DNA of 63,850 nucleotides, counting the filler, from Octopus bimaculoides (taxonomy: Eukaryota), in the NCBI RefSeq assembly GCF_001194135.2. It is 8 parts of 5 records of this genome, joined end to end, with 100 filler letters (N's around TTAATTAATTAA, not from the genome) between each part and the next. Parts side by side here need not be neighbours in the genome. Positions count along the whole stretch, not along the records: positions 48,372 to 56,832 come from NC_068996.1; positions 56,933 to 61,661 come from NC_068984.1; positions 61,762 to 63,850 come from NW_026307162.1; 5 more parts are not named here. One strand, given 5' to 3'. Both the position numbers and the translations under genes were made by a program. Positions 50,922 to 63,356 of this stretch are shown one piece after another. Every line of letters starts with the position of its first letter. Within the stretch, counting starts at the first letter, position 1. Below the pieces are notes generated by a model, which was not told where the DNA came from, searched no databases, and saw only the letters and a list, made by a program, of their open reading frames with translations.

Positions 50922-51148
50922 AATAAATAAAAACAAAATTAGGTACGTTAAATATTTTTCTTTTTACCACCTCAACATATTTTACCAAAATTTGTAGGAT
51001 CATTTTTTTGGCGCAGTTGTTAATTTTTTTGTTTTTGTTTTAATTTACTTTTCGTGTTGTTTTTGTTTAGGAGTTATTTGGGTTTTGTTTTGTTTTTCTT
51101 TATTTTAATTTGTGTCCCTGTGTGTTTGTGCGTGCATGTGTGTGTGTG

Positions 51149-51203
<55 letters not shown>

Positions 51204-51694
51204 CTAATCTACCATTTTTTTTTGTTTTTTTGCTTTTTCCTGGTGATGCTGATTTAGTCACTTCCCACACTTGGCTCCGGCTGTCACTGAAGCAAAACCT
51301 TTCACCATTCTTCAACGACCTCTCTCAACTTGTCACAACTGGCATTCGAGTTTCTGATTGATATTCTAACGCTCATAACACGCTTGACTGGTTCTTGCTA
51401 TTTCACTCCTTCATCAGTTTCTCTTTCCTTCCTTACCCGCATTCTTTCTTTCATTCTCTCATTCTGACCCTCTTTCTCACTTTGTCCTTTCCTCTTCCTA
51501 TCAATCTCTCTCGGACACTCTCCTTCTCACACACATCTTTCTACCTCTCTCTCTCTTCCTCAATAATTCTCACTACTTAGATTTTATTCCTTCTTTTCTC
51601 CCTTTCTTTCTCTCCCTTCTCCCTTTCTATCATCCAATATTCATTTTCCGTTTATTTTCCTTCTCTCTCTCACACACTCATACACGCATACAAT

Positions 51695-51764
<70 letters not shown>

Positions 51765-52155
51765 NNNNNNNNNNNNNNNNNNNNNNNNNNNNNNNNNNNN
51801 NNNNNNNNNNNNNNNNNNNNNNNNNNNNNNNNNNNNNNNNNNNNNNNNNNNNNNNNNNNNNNNNNNNNNNNNNNNNNNNNNNNNNNNNNNNNNNNNNNNN
51901 NNNNNNNNNNNNNNNNNNNNNNNNNNNNNNNNNNNNNNNNNNNNNNNNNNNNNNNNNNNNNNNNNNNNNNNNNNNNNNNNNNNNNNNNNNNNNNNNNNNN
52001 NNNNNNNNNNNNNNNNNNNNNNNNNNNNNNNNNNNNNNNNNNNNNNNNNNNNNNNNNNNNNNNNNNNNNNNNNNNNNNNNNNNNNNNNNNNNNNNNNNNN
52101 NNNNNNNNNNNNNNNNNNNNNNNNNNNNNNNNNNNNNNNNNNNNNNNNNNNNNNN

Positions 52156-52224
<69 letters not shown>

Positions 52225-52645
52225 TATGTTTTTTTCTTCCTTTGCTTTGTTTTCCTATCCGATGTTTGTGTATATATGAGTTTCAATGTGGATGTATACT
52301 TTATTGTTTCTTTTTTTCTTCTTTTCACCTTTACATATATTGTGTGTGTGTGTGTCTACGCGTGAGGGATTTGATTATGGGCTGTAGGTTGGTTAAGTTG
52401 GTGGTTGACTACAGTTTTCGTAAGAGTCAGCATCCTCAAAAGTCTTTTCTTCAACTGATTCCAAAGTTCTTTGTGCCGCAAAGGATATTAACCACAACTA
52501 ATTTATGGACAAAGAAACAATTTTAAGAGGAGGTGAGGATCAATCAGTACCATTGACCCCCACTACTTGACTGGTACCCTATTCTAGTAACCCTGGAGGA
52601 ATGAAAACGAAGGTTGACCACAGCAGAATTTAAGCTGTGAACATA

Positions 52646-52812
52646 GGCGCAGGCGTGGCTGTGTGGTAAGAGGATTGCTTCCCAACAACATGGTTCTGGG
52701 TTCAGTCTCACTGCGTGACACATTGGGCAAGTGTCTTCTAATATAGACTCGGGAGGACCAAAGCCTTCTTTGTGGATTTAGTAGACGGAAACTGAAGGAA
52801 GCCCGTCGTGTA

Positions 52813-52878
<66 letters not shown>

Positions 52879-52960
52879 TGTGTGTCTTTGTGTCTGTGTT
52901 TGTCTCTCCACCATCGCTTGATAACTGATGCTGGTGTGTTTGCATCCCCGTAACTTAACG
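52646..52960 (+). mobile_element. SINE family B, 3'-truncated
   Basis: AGGCGCAGGCGTGGCTGTGTGG head, internal (TA)(GA)(TG), truncated after CCCCGTAACTTA; abuts a minus-strand family A fragment at ~52540-52645. Confidence 0.88.
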
Positions 52961-53529
52961 TTTCATCACTCAATAATAATAATAATTTTTTTATTTGCCA
53001 AAAGAGCCACAAAAACATTTACGATTTTTCAAAGACAAAAATATTCAATGGAAATGTGAATAAGCACGCATGAAATATATTAAAAACGATGGCAATAAGA
53101 AAATTATAAGAAAATTATCCAAAAGATAGTAAAAATATCAACCAGGGTCAAAGAAAGAACACCAACGATCATGAACCACTCTACTCATTGGGAATACCAT
53201 AGCAAGTGCTCATCTCTCCTCCATATTCCTTAGTGGCCAGGCTCCAACTTTGTCAGATCCTCGCCACACACACCCACTTTTCAACAATTTCAGTGGGGTG
53301 GGGTCAGCACATCCCTCTCAACTCTCGCCTAGGTTTTCAAATAATTTTTTTTAAATATATGTGCATGTGTGTGTATGTGATTGTGTGTGTATGTATGAAT
53401 GTAGGTATGTATGTACGTATGTATGTTTATATATATTGTATATATTATTTGTATAATTATGCGTATATGTGTATATTTATGTGTGCAAACACACACACAT
53501 ATATATATATATATATGTGTGTGCATGTG

Positions 53530-53810
53530 TGTGGTAAGAAGCTTGCTTCCTAACCATATGGATCCGGGTTCAATCCCACTGCGTGGCACCTTCTTGGATA
53601 AATACTATTGTCTCGGCCGACCAAAGCCTTGTGAGTGGACTTGGTAGACGGAAACTGAAAGAAGCTCATCGCATTATATATTTGTGCACACGCGCACGTG
53701 TGTGTGATCACTGCATGACAACCGCTGTTGGTGTGTTTAAGTACCCGTAATTTAGTGGTTCTGCAAAAGAAACCGTAAAAAAGTACTGGTGCCGATTCAT
53801 TCGACTAAAA
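53530..53810 (+). mobile_element. SINE family B, diverged
   Basis: TGTGTGGTAAGAAGCTTGCTTCC...GGTTCAATCCCACTGCG...GACAACCGCTGTTGGTGTG. Confidence 0.8.
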
Positions 53811-54475
53811 TTCTTGAAGGCCCCTTGGTGGTGAGCATGTGCTTTATTTCGTCCTGAAAATCTCGAAGAAAAACTGCAAATAGATCGAAATAACCTGAAA
53901 CTGAATCGGTTCTGAACGAAATGAACTATATTTTCAANNNNNNNNNNNNNNNNNNNNNNNNNNNNNNNNNNNNNNNNNNNNNNNNNNNNNNNNNNNNNNN
54001 NNNNNNNNNNNNNNNNNNNNNNNNNNNNNNNNNNNNNNNNNNNNNNNNNNNNNNNNNNNNNNNNNNNNNNNNNNNNNNNNNNNNNNNNNNNNNNNNNNNN
54101 NNNNNNNNNNNNNNNNNNNNNNNNNNNNNNNNNNNNNNNNNNNNNNNNNNNNNNNNNNNNNNNNNNNNNNNNNNNNNNNNNNNNNNNNNNNNNNNNNNNN
54201 NNNNNNNNNNNNNNNNNNNNNNNNNNNNNNNNNNNNNNNNNNNNNNNNNNNNNNNNNNNNNNNNNNNNNNNNNNNNNNNNNNNNNNNNNNNNNNNNNNNN
54301 NNNNNNNNNNNNNNNNNNNNNNNNNNNNNNNNNNNNNNNNNNNNNNNNNNNNNNNNNNNNNNNNNNNNNNNNNNNNNNNNNNNNNNNNNNNNNNNNNNNN
54401 NNNNNNNNNNNNNNNNNNNNNNNNNNNNNNNNNNNNNNNNNNNNNNNNNNNNNNNNNNNNNNNNNNNNNNNNNNT

Positions 54476-54678
54476 GTGTCTGAGTTTTTCTATCCATTAC
54501 CGCTTGACAACCGGTGCTGGTGTGTTTACGCGCCCTTAACTTAGCGGTTTGGCAAAAGACCCCAATAGAATAAGTACTAGGCCCAAGAATAAGTCCTGGG
54601 GTCGATTTTTTTTACTAAAACCCTCCAAGACAGTGCTCCAGCACAGCCGCAGTCAAATGACTGAAACACGTAAAAGAA
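54476..54678 (+). mobile_element. SINE family B, 3' half after gap
   Basis: CGCTTGACAACCGGTGCTGG...GTGCTCCAGCACAGCCGCAGTCAAATGACTGAAAC. Confidence 0.88.
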
Positions 54679-54724
54679 TTGGTGATTTTCTTCTTCCGTC
54701 TTCCTTTCCTTTGGACTTTCCTCT

Positions 54725-54759
54725 ATTACTGACGAAGAGCTTTGCTCGAAACGTTAAAT
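54725..54759 (+). ncRNA. minimal type I hammerhead ribozyme motif, third family
   Basis: ATTA-CTGACGA-A-GAGC(ttt)GCTC-GAAAC-GTT-AAAT: core intact, 4-bp stem II, ACGT palindromic stem III, stem I short with a mismatch next to the core. Confidence 0.6.
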
Positions 54760-55539
54760 CCTCTTTCTTTCCTTTCCCGAGCGTCTGATAATACAGTACT
54801 TGTACCACATCCTCGCATTATTGTTTTTTTCTTGTTTGCTCGTCTTTGTTTGGATTCACTATATGTGCGTGTGTGTGTTTGTGTGTGTGTGCATATATAT
54901 ATATATAAATTCGTCATCTGTTTATCTGGTACTGCTACAATTGTTTCGTTAACAGTAAATTTCCCCTTATCGATGCATTCCGTGCTATGATAATGAATTA
55001 CTTAACTATTTGATTCTTGTCTTTTTTTTTTTAATTTCGAGTTATTCTCTCCCACCAATAATTGTGGCGTGCTTCGCTTTGATATGCATCGATCCTTTCT
55101 GGATCCCCAGTAATCAAATGTGTGTGCCTCCGTGTGTATACGTGTGTGTTTATTCGTGCGTGTGTATATGTGTTTGTGTGTGTGTCTGCATGTGGGTATG
55201 AGTGTGTGCGTGTGTATCAAAAACGTCTACCAACAAGATGAAACTTGCTTCCATCTTAAAGTGACAAGTTTAACACAAGAGATTAACGTAAGATAATTGA
55301 CAATATCTGTTGGTATTACTAATGAAACAAATATACTGATTCTAAAAATACAATCGTTCGATATTGTAATTAACACAATCTCATCAATGTTTTTCACCGG
55401 TTCATGACCGATAATGGATGAGAACTGTTGTACATCTTGAGCATGTATTATATGTGAATAGATATATATATATATGATATTTAAAAGTTATATATTTACC
55501 TAGAAACACCAATAAACATATATCCTCTCTGTCTGTCTA

Positions 55540-55631
<92 letters not shown>

Positions 55632-56034
55632 NNNNNNNNNNNNNNNNNNNNNNNNNNNNNNNNNNNNNNNNNNNNNNNNNNNNNNNNNNNNNNNNNNNNN
55701 NNNNNNNNNNNNNNNNNNNNNNNNNNNNNNNNNNNNNNNNNNNNNNNNNNNNNNNNNNNNNNNNNNNNNNNNNNNNNNNNNNNNNNNNNNNNNNNNNNNN
55801 NNNNNNNNNNNNNNNNNNNNNNNNNNNNNNNNNNNNNNNNNNNNNNNNNNNNNNNNNNNNNNNNNNNNNNNNNNNNNNNNNNNNNNNNNNNNNNNNNNNN
55901 NNNNNNNNNNNNNNNNNNNNNNNNNNNNNNNNNNNNNNNNNNNNNNNNNNNNNNNNNNNTTGTAACAATATATGACATATGCATATATACAATACACAAA
56001 CACACACACACACACACACACATACATACACAGA

Positions 56035-56195
56035 CATATGACGGATTTCTCTCAGTTTCCTTCTACTAAATTCACTTACAAGGTTTTGGCCGGCTCGAGG
56101 CTATAGTAGAACCATTCTCCCAAGGTGCTACGCAGTGGGACTGAACCTGGAACCATGGTAGTTGGGAAGCAAGCGTCTTACCACACAACCACCCA
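56035..56195 (-). mobile_element. SINE family B, 5' half
   Basis: CAGTGGGACTGAACCTGGAACCATGG...CTTACCACACAACC. Confidence 0.8.
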
Positions 56196-56764
56196 TCGCC
56201 TGACCACCAAGTAGAATTGCTGGATATATCTAATAGATATAGTACCTGATGAGTGGATGATAGTCTTCTAGCAAAGAAAGCTACATTAGTGTGAGATTAA
56301 TGGATTATCCAGATATATCTGATTTATCTGATAGTAAATCTGCTACGCATTTCAGTATTTTTTTATTACACACACTGGCACCGCTTGTGTCCAAAGAAGC
56401 CTCAGATTATTTTGGTATTTAAGTTATCACCATGAATTAAATTACTTGTTAAAAATTTTTCTTGGCGATGTTGGAGCCTTTTACGTTTACGTTAAATACA
56501 ATTTCCCCGAAACAGCTGTCGTAAATGTTAAGCGTTATTCGCGTTTAGTTTTTATACCTACTCCACACCAAGGGTCCACTGCTGGATTGGATCGATAGTT
56601 ACAAATCAGATTTCGTACTTGTATATCTATGGTATTCTGCCAGCATTTTGAAATCTACGTTGTTCTTCTATTTCAACGTGTTTCTACCTAGTCATTTTCT
56701 AGCTTCGTACGTGATGTGCCTTGATTCTTAAGAATTTCTTAACTAATTTATATATGTATACACA

Positions 56765-56832
<68 letters not shown>

Positions 56833-56932
56833 NNNNNNNNNNNNNNNNNNNNNNNNNNNNNNNNNNNNNNNNNNNNTTAATTAATTAANNNNNNNNNNNN
56901 NNNNNNNNNNNNNNNNNNNNNNNNNNNNNNNN
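56833..56932. other. artificial scaffold linker
   Basis: N44-TTAATTAATTAA (56877-56888)-N44. Confidence 0.95.
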
Positions 56933-56974
56933 GTAGTGACAGGAAAGACAGAGAGGAGAGACTATGCTTGTGAA

Positions 56975-57215
56975 TCAGAGTGTGTCTGTTGGTGATTTAA
57001 CGCCCTGCTGAAAATAGCAACTAAATCCCTTTCAGATCGCACACAACTGTCTTTAACAATAAATAAATAAATAAACAAATAAGATGGATACATTATACAA
57101 TCAGTCTGATATAAACTATGTCTGGAAAGACAGGATGTTCTTGGTTGAAATGCATTAGATAATAGGTCTACTTGATCTGAAGTGACTTGGGGCTAAACAT
57201 CAAGTAGCAGCAGCA
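56975..57215 (+). mobile_element. degenerate interspersed repeat, family E
   Basis: Ends GACTTGGGGCTAAACATCAAGTAGCAGCAGC; similar to 27312-27550 and 10025-10140. Confidence 0.45.
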
Positions 57216-57239
57216 TAAGGACAGTGATATTCTTATGCC

Positions 57240-57630
57240 ACAGCTGGCTCTGAAGCAAGGCACATCTGGTCACTTGTTATTAATGTGCCACCTCAAAACA
57301 TTAAACTGGAAACTATAAATATTGCTTGCCTGCCTAGAGACAAAATACATACCTCACGATTAAGTTGTTCCGTTGTTGGATAAGCTGGTCGTGTAACATT
57401 AATGCGCTATTTCCTGCATAAGATAGGTCTGAAACCCAGACTAAAGAAAGCCATCAAGGAAATAGACAAGGCAGCTGAAACTAGTTTTATATGGCTATGG
57501 TTGATAAGGGACCGCACGTGAAACCTCTCCGTACGTGAAGACTAACTCAGTCCCTTGCTATCCCACTCAGGTGAAGCGTACAGACTAAGGGACGAAGTGC
57601 TTGTGACACTAAGATACCTGCTGACGATAC
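57240..57630 (+). mobile_element. HERO/NeSL-like (RLE) retrotransposon 3' remnant
   Basis: LHKIGLKPRLKKAIKEIDKAAETSFIWLWLIR resembles the A.K.+S.AAE..S.WLW.KR terminus of R2-group elements. Confidence 0.5.
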
Positions 57631-57858
57631 GAAAGGGTTTCGAGCATTGCAAATGGGTTTAGAAGAGCTTGCAAAACCTCTGAATTACTCTTGTAGTATC
57701 TGCATGGAGCAAAGCATCTCTGATGTATATTTCACAAGGAATAAGTCACTGATGAGTAGTTTGCAAATTCAAACACTCATACATACAGAAGGAAGATAAC
57801 ATTTTAATGAGTTGTTTAAAGGAAACAACTCATTACTAAAACAAGATCCTTTCGTATT

Positions 57859-57922
57859 CATTAGTAAGACAACTCATTAGTAAGACAACTCATTAGTAAG
57901 ACAACTCATTAGTAAGACAAAC
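57859..57922. repeat. 16-bp tandem repeat x4
   Basis: CATTAGTAAGACAACT repeated four times (last copy with an extra A). Confidence 0.92.
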
Positions 57923-57929
57923 TCCTTTA

Positions 57930-58380
57930 TTAACCGTATTAGATGGTTAGCTTTCTTCTTCGACAATAAAGACAAACAACCTACTAACGAACAAACTTCT
58001 GAATTCAGAAAATTGTTTAAATCTAAAAACAATCCTCCACCTAACCCAAGATTGAAACGGTTTGAAGACGATCTCTGGACTATCGTGAAGAATGTAAAAT
58101 TCCATCATTCACCCTTAAGGAAAAAATATCTGAGGTATCTTCACAATATTACCAAAGAAATTCACAACATTGATGAGATACTTGTTCAATCTGATAAAAC
58201 AAGAAACATATACAGGCTTACCAAGGATTACTACCTAGAATTGCTTAGAAAAGAAATACAAAAGAATTATACAAAAGAATTATAGGAAAGCAAATCTTGA
58301 GGCTAAGAAAATTATGGATAAATATGACTTACAGATGAAGACTGAACCCCTTGATCCTAAACAACCTCATTTTATTTTGT
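57930..58380 (+). pseudogene. Penelope-like ORF, N-terminal RT-proximal fragment
   Basis: RIRWLAFFF; PPPNPRLKRFEDDL..VKF; LVQSDKTRNIY..YLELL; ANLEAKKI. Confidence 0.75.
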
Positions 58381-58578
58381 GGAGTACGCTTTTCTTGATG
58401 GTTAAATGGTCTCTTTCATTGTTTGAATTGTATATTGGTGGTTCTTCTCTAAATTATATTTATATACATATATTACATATATATATACATATATATAAAA
58501 AAATAAGCAACACGGATTTCAAAGGTGATTGCAGTACCCACGTTTCATGCTACTTCAATTTATTTAAGTAATGCGAGC

Positions 58579-58804
58579 ATTACCTTAAATGCAATATGAA
58601 GAGCAATCTTCAGCTGCACGAAAATGCAGAAAAATTACATGTCAAGATGGACTTATGTATTCTTCCTCACATTTGGATTTTTATGTATTCTCTCTCCCAT
58701 TTGGATTTGAAATGTTGCCACATTTATAATATGTCTTTTTTACAGTAATTTTTCTGCATTTTCGTGCAGCTGAAGATTGCTCTTCATATTGCATTTAAGG
58801 TAAT
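58579..58804. repeat. perfect 60-bp inverted repeat, right arm ending at a gap
   Basis: 58579-58638 is the exact reverse complement of 58745-58804; 106-bp spacer. Confidence 0.85.
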
Positions 58805-59129
58805 NNNNNNNNNNNNNNNNNNNNNNNNNNNNNNNNNNNNNNNNNNNNNNNNNNNNNNNNNNNNNNNNNNNNNNNNNNNNNNNNNNNNNNNNNNNNNNNN
58901 NNNNNNNNNNNNNNNNNNNNNNNNNNNNNNNNNNNNNNNNNNNNNNNNNNNNNNNNNNNNNNNNNNNNNNNNNNNNNNNNNNNNNNNNNNNNNNNNNNNN
59001 NNNNNNNNNNNNNNNNNNNNNNNNNNNNNNNNNNNNNNNNNNNNNNNNNNNNNNNNNNNNNNNNNNNNNNNNNNNNNNNNNNNNNNNNNNNNNNNNNNNN
59101 NNNNNNNNNATATATATATATATATATAG

Positions 59130-59280
59130 GACTTCTTTCAGTTTCGGTATCCCATATTCACCCACAAAACTTTGGTCGGCCCAGGGATATAGAAGACACT
59201 TACCCAAGGTGCCAAGCGGTGGCATTGAAGCCGGAACCATGTCTTTGGGAAGCAAACTACTTACCTCACAACCATGCATG
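59130..59280 (-). mobile_element. SINE family B, 5' half
   Basis: CTTCTTTCAGTTTCGG...AGAAGACACTTACCCAAGGTGCC...GCCGGAACCATG. Confidence 0.8.
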
Positions 59281-60603
59281 CGCTTATATGTATACTCTGT
59301 GCTTATTCTTTGTTATTTTTAAATTTAAAACTCTAACTTAACAGCCTGCCTTGATTTAGGATTTATCTACAGGAAATTATCTCTCTTGCAATAACTGCTA
59401 CCAAGGAGTCCACGTGTATATACTAACTTGTCATCAAGAAAGTATGATTGAATTTGGTTTCTCAAAGAATAAAATTAGGACAACGATTCAGAAATATCAA
59501 ATGAGCATCGTAGCAGATCTAAAAGAAAATTGGAAAACCTTTACCATATTTAAAGAATCGTTACTCATAAAAAAAATATTCTAGATAATCCTATTTTACC
59601 AATTTTATTATTTTATCTTCCTTCTGTATGTATGCGTGTTTGCGTTAATATCCCTCTCTCTCTCTCTATCTCTCTCTCTCTCTCTCTCTCTACCACCCTC
59701 TCATTCTCTCTCTTCCTCTTCGTTTCTCCCCCTTCCACCCTTCCTCACTCTCACTCTCTCTTCTTTCTTTTCCTTTAGTTCTTAACAAACTCCTATTAAT
59801 TTTGTCATCAGACAAATGGGCGGTAAAAACACTGAAATTTATAAGTCAAATCAAAAAAGAATTTGTGTAGACATATAGTTAATGAGAGAAAGCGAGAAAA
59901 AGCGATAGATACATGGATATATATATATGTTACATATGAATACACTCACATTCACACAAACACATAAATACATATATATATATATATAGACACATATATA
60001 TATGCACATATACATATATATACACGTATACATATATATATATACATATACATATATATATATATACACATATATATACACATATACATATATACATACA
60101 CATACACATATACATATATATACATGTATATATACATTTATATATATACTTGATAAATTCTTATAAAGTATTTATCCTAATATTATACATTTATATATAT
60201 ACATATATACATGTATATATACATATATATATATATACGNNNNNNNNNNNNNNNNNNNNNNNNNNNNNNNNNNNNNNNNNNNNNNNNNNNNNNNNNNNNN
60301 NNNNNNNNNNNNNNNNNNNNNNNNNNNNNNNNNNNNNNNNNNNNNNNNNNNNNNNNNNNNNNNNNNNNNNNNNNNNNNNNNNNNNNNNNNNNNNNNNNNN
60401 NNNNNNNNNNNNNNNNNNNNNNNNNNNNNNNNNNNNNNNNNNNNNNNNNNNNNNNNNNNNNNNNNNNNNNNNNNNNNNNNNNNNNNNNNNNNNNNNNNNN
60501 NNNNNNNNNNNNNNNNNNNNNNNNNNNNNNNNNNNNNNNNNNNNNNNNNNNNNNNNNNNNNNNNNNNNNNNNNNNNNNNNNNNNNNNNNNNNNNNNNNNN
60601 NNN

Positions 60604-60675
<72 letters not shown>

Positions 60676-60900
60676 TTTAGCTGTTTTTTTCTTTTTACTT
60701 ACTTGCTCGTTTAATAAATGGCTATTTTGGAAATGTATGGAAACATTTGTTTCAGATGAGTGACTAAAAATACAAAGCGTATGATCTGTTCCAAACTAAT
60801 TGCCAAAGTGGAAACAGTACTCTAGTAATTGGCATATATATATACTAATTTTGATAAAAGCTTCTAAAAGGAAAAGTGAGAAAATAACTCGAAGAATTAA

Positions 60901-60952
<52 letters not shown>

Positions 60953-61661
60953 TTAGTGTCCCACATGAGAATGCTGTTTGATCAAACTTCATTTCATGGT
61001 TATGATGAAACACGAATAACTATTGCTTCTGGCTGCTTATTCGTTGGCAGCGATGTGATATTGTGTGGCTAGGTATTATCAGAAGACATTTAGCATATAC
61101 AGATAAACAGATGAAAATACTGAAGTATAGAGATGGGCAGGTATACAGACGGACAAGCAAGAAAATGTACTCAAATATTGACTGAAGAAAATATAATAAA
61201 GGTATGCGGAATGGAATATACAGAACTTAACAAATATTCCTCTTGACTTGGAGTATATTTAAATGAAAAAATAACAGAGGAATTAGAAGCTGTCAAAAAA
61301 TTTCAAATAGTAACTATTTTGTGGCTGTGGATATTTCGCTATCAAGAGAATAGAAGATTCAATACTTGTTTTGCCGTCTTATTAAGAAAATGACACTTGT
61401 AAATCCGCTTAATCTTCAATAGCAATTTACAGAGACAGACGAATGTTTTCATTTTCTATTAACCAGTATAAGACGCCAATATCTCTTTCTCTCTTTTTCT
61501 CTCTGGTGACAAACGTGACAATTTCTGAACTTCGAAAGTTAATAGAACTAATTTTGCATATCTCTTGTTTTTCTTCATATTAGCAATACTAAATTTATAA
61601 AACAAAATTCCTTGTATCAGCTTTATCATATTAATTGTTGTAACATATATATATATATATA

Positions 61662-61761
61662 NNNNNNNNNNNNNNNNNNNNNNNNNNNNNNNNNNNNNNN
61701 NNNNNTTAATTAATTAANNNNNNNNNNNNNNNNNNNNNNNNNNNNNNNNNNNNNNNNNNNN
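61662..61761. other. artificial scaffold linker
   Basis: N44-TTAATTAATTAA (61706-61717)-N44. Confidence 0.95.
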
Positions 61762-61879
61762 TATTAGACTGGGCTTAATAGTTTTCTTGCACTTTAATTT
61801 TTGAGTAATGCTCAATGCATGAAATCTTACAGGTAAATTAATGTACTAGCTTAAAGGGAGATAAATATGAAAGACAAAC

Positions 61880-62045
61880 CTTGCATGGGCTCTCTAATGT
61901 AGTCTTCTCCAGAATATCTACCACAGCACTTATATCAGATTGAAGTTGTTCAGCAGCCGTCTCTACAGCTGGTTTTTTAGATAAACTCTCTTTACTTTTC
62001 AAAATTGTGTTCTTGATAATATTAATTACTCTTTGACAGGCTGAT
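61880..62045 (-). CDS. candidate coding exon of an unidentified gene (166 nt, phase 2 to 0)
   Basis: Acceptor TTATTTGTTTTGCTACAG, donor AAG|GTTTGT, open frame SACQRVINIIKNTILKSKESLSKKPAVETAAEQLQSDISAVVDILEKTTLESPCK. Confidence 0.5.
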
Positions 62046-62107
62046 CTGTAGCAAAACAAATAACACATATGTAGTGGACTTCATTTAGGCATAGAGTAGA
62101 TTCAAAC

Positions 62108-62220
62108 CTGAATCTGCCAATTTCCCTTAACTTTGCAACAGCACTTTTCTCACAGAGAAACATTGAATTGGCAGCATTAAAATGAACACATGGCTTACCA
62201 CTTGACCCTTCTAACCTCTT
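62108..62220 (-). CDS. candidate coding exon (113 nt, phase 0 to 2), in frame with 61880-62045
   Basis: Acceptor CCTAG, donor CAG|GTTTGA, open frame KRLEGSSGKPCVHFNAANSMFLCEKSAVAKLREIGRFR; requires a 62-nt intron. Confidence 0.3.
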
Positions 62221-62613
62221 CTAGGCCATGTAAAGTTTGAATTGAGATAACAGGTACCCCCAAAGAAATCTATTGTTCTCAACACTGTCTCTCCTTCTGA
62301 CTGGTTATGCATGGTTATAAATACTAGAATTTGGTAAGGCAAAATCAGTTAGTGAACAGCAACCAACTAGAAATGGCTACAAGCAGACAGCCACTTGAGA
62401 CAGATGGCCAGAGAGAGAAAGAAAGCTACAATCAGCAACTATGAGAAACAACTTCACTCAACTCTCTAACTTTCACTATCTCACTTTCTTTGCTCCACAA
62501 CATTACTCTATCTGTAATTTACTACTAAACAATGGCGAGAACACAAAGTATACAGGAAAAAATCTACGATGTCTATCTTTGCTTTGTATGCTTTACGAAT
62601 TTATCATACTAAC

Positions 62614-62734
62614 CAGTCGTGGTTTTGGCTTTATACAAAGTAATAGTAAATAAATGTTTGTTTAGAACTTTGATCACTGTTCTTCTTTCATCTTGCACAT
62701 CTGCAACATCAACATCTATTACAATTGCCAACTT
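62614..62734 (-). CDS. candidate coding exon (121 nt, phase 0 to 1)
   Basis: Acceptor AATGTTTCAG, donor G|GTTAGT, open frame KLAIVIDVDVADVQDERRTVIKVLNKHLFTITLYKAKTTT. Confidence 0.4.
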
Positions 62735-63356
62735 CTGAAACATTATTACTCATTGATTACAACTGGCTAAAACCACCTAATTTACTGTTACATGTGTATG
62801 TTTCTTAGATATGTATACCACATCTATATATTATGTAAGGAACATTAATAGCATCAGTGTCACAGATCTTGGAGGGGTTTCAAAAACTACAAGCACATCC
62901 CTAGCAAGGGTGAAAAGGACAAATTACTTCATCTCATTCCCATTAAAAGCCTAACATCTATGTGTAAAGCTGTTGTTCTTGTTATTGAGAATAGTAGATG
63001 GTAGAATTGATAAAGAACCAGACAGGATAGTTTGTAGTATGGATGTATTTAACAGAGTCCATTATGCTGCAAGGTTCTGATAACAGGATATGACATTCTT
63101 CTTCTAACAATGACATATACAAGCATTTCCTCAAAGGGCCACTTAAACAACACACTTTTAAAACAAAGTTTAAACCATGTGGTCATACATATGTCTCTTT
63201 CATTCTTCAGGAGTCAATAAAATAAGTATCAAGTTTGTACTGGGCCTGATTTCATAGTATGTTATTGACAATATTTGTGACATTGCGTCAGCATTAGAAA
63301 TCATTATAAAGGTAATGATCAAAGGATCGCATAGAGTAAGCCAGACAATATGTCTT

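Noticed and set aside
56240-56290. CTGATGAG...GAAAG hammerhead-like stretch
   Set aside because: No valid stem III or cleavage triplet
57745-57785. CTGATGAG upstream of the PLE ORF
   Set aside because: G12 absent and no stem I partner
57859-57922. CRISPR-like array
   Set aside because: Direct tandem 16-mer with no spacers, in a eukaryotic context
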